The notes under the pieces were generated by a model. It did no database searches and was not told the DNA's origin. It worked only from the letters and a program-made list of their open reading frames with translations. Shown here in pieces: positions 63,528 through 64,000 of a stretch of 64,000 nt of DNA (positions within the stretch are counted from its first letter, which is position 1; each line of letters begins with the position of its first letter). The stretch is from the IMG/VR virus record IMGVR_UViG_3300020172_001601, positions 1-64,000 of that record; one strand, written 5' to 3'. The position numbers and the translations under genes were made by a program.

Positions 63528-64000
63528 TGCCATCACAACAAGAAATCGTCGATGCAGTCGCTCGCCAGTTGAAGGGCAAAGACCTCAGCCAGCAAGCAGT
63601 CATGGTTCTTCAGAAGGCTACGGCACGGGTGCTTGAGCGAATCAAGCAGAACGTCGATGCCCAAATCAAAGAAGACTCTTCGCCCATCGTTGAGAAGTTC
63701 GTCAAGAATGCCGCCACGAAAATGTCGGCAATGACCCAGCAATGGGCCGATGGCGTCAAGAATGATCTTGTCGTATTCCCGGAAGGAACTCGATATATTT
63801 GGCGTGATGGTCAAATGACAACCATCATCGTTGAGCAGCAGCCGCAGGTTCGCCATATCAACGTCTATGGCAAGATTTACTTGCTGTCGCTGCCATACGT
63901 CCAGTTCATCATGACGTTCAAGAACCACCAGTTGACACAATCTCTTCGGGTGACTTGCACCAAGAAACCAATCACTGATCTCGATCAGGCGGCGAACTTT
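63527..64000 (+). CDS. E2-like protein, paralog of 61232..62332 (3' truncated; absent from ORF track)
   Basis: Manual translation MPSQQEIVDAV...VVFPEGTRYIWRDG...IVEQQPQVRHI...YLLSLPYVQF...KKPITDLD, open to the window end. Confidence 0.75.
   Translation, partial: MPSQQEIVDAVARQLKGKDLSQQAVMVLQKATARVLERIKQNVDAQIKEDSSPIVEKFVKNAATKMSAMTQQWADGVKNDLVVFPEGTRYIWRDGQMTTIIVEQQPQVRHINVYGKIYLLSLPYVQFIMTFKNHQLTQSLRVTCTKKPITDLDQAANF

Noticed and set aside
63533-63940. Listed reverse 135-aa ORF
   Set aside because: Antisense to the + strand ORF from 63527, which is clearly paralogous to 61232..62332.
1-64000. Stop-codon reassignment as in some huge phages
   Set aside because: Conserved genes are full length in code 11, and TAA, TGA and TAG all end genes at expected positions (for example ligA ends in TAG, amidoligase in TGA).
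1-64000. tRNA genes, integrase or transposase
   Set aside because: No cloverleaf/TTCGAA-type arms in the intergenic gaps and no recombinase or transposase motifs were recognised by eye; tRNAscan-SE would be needed to exclude them fully.

Overview
This is a 64-kb segment of a very large (jumbo/huge) tailed bacteriophage genome, read in genetic code 11. Genes are densely packed, mostly on the + strand, and about half are hypothetical. No rRNA, tRNA or CRISPR array was seen. Recognisable genes fall into these groups. Replication and nucleotide metabolism: a PHP-less DnaE, NAD-dependent ligase, dUTPase, dCMP deaminase, PhoH and thioredoxin. Transcription and translation: two sigma factors, bS21, IF3 and peptide deformylase. 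Chaperones and cofactor assembly: a GroES-like protein, DnaJ and IscA. Virion and glycan: collagen-like fibres, other likely virion proteins, and about 12 glycosyltransferase, methyltransferase and nucleotide-sugar genes. Unusual accessory genes: a voltage-gated K+ channel, indoleamine 2,3-dioxygenase, a ThDP keto-acid decarboxylase, ALDH, a TrpF-like barrel, a PspA module, an amidoligase and two E2-like paralogs. The most notable sequence-level observations are four. (1) An unannotated, highly structured ~470-nt RNA-like element with its own terminator (41823-42296). (2) A T4-late-like NTAHATA motif placed 4-7 nt (mostly 5 nt) before many ATGs, implying leaderless late mRNAs in a phage that encodes its own IF3 and bS21. 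(3) A TTTACA-N17-TATAAT-like early promoter class. (4) A DnaE lacking the PHP domain and the GRGS/FERF motifs, suggesting a split enzyme. A Planctomycete host is inferred but unproven. All product names come from motif recognition, not database searches.
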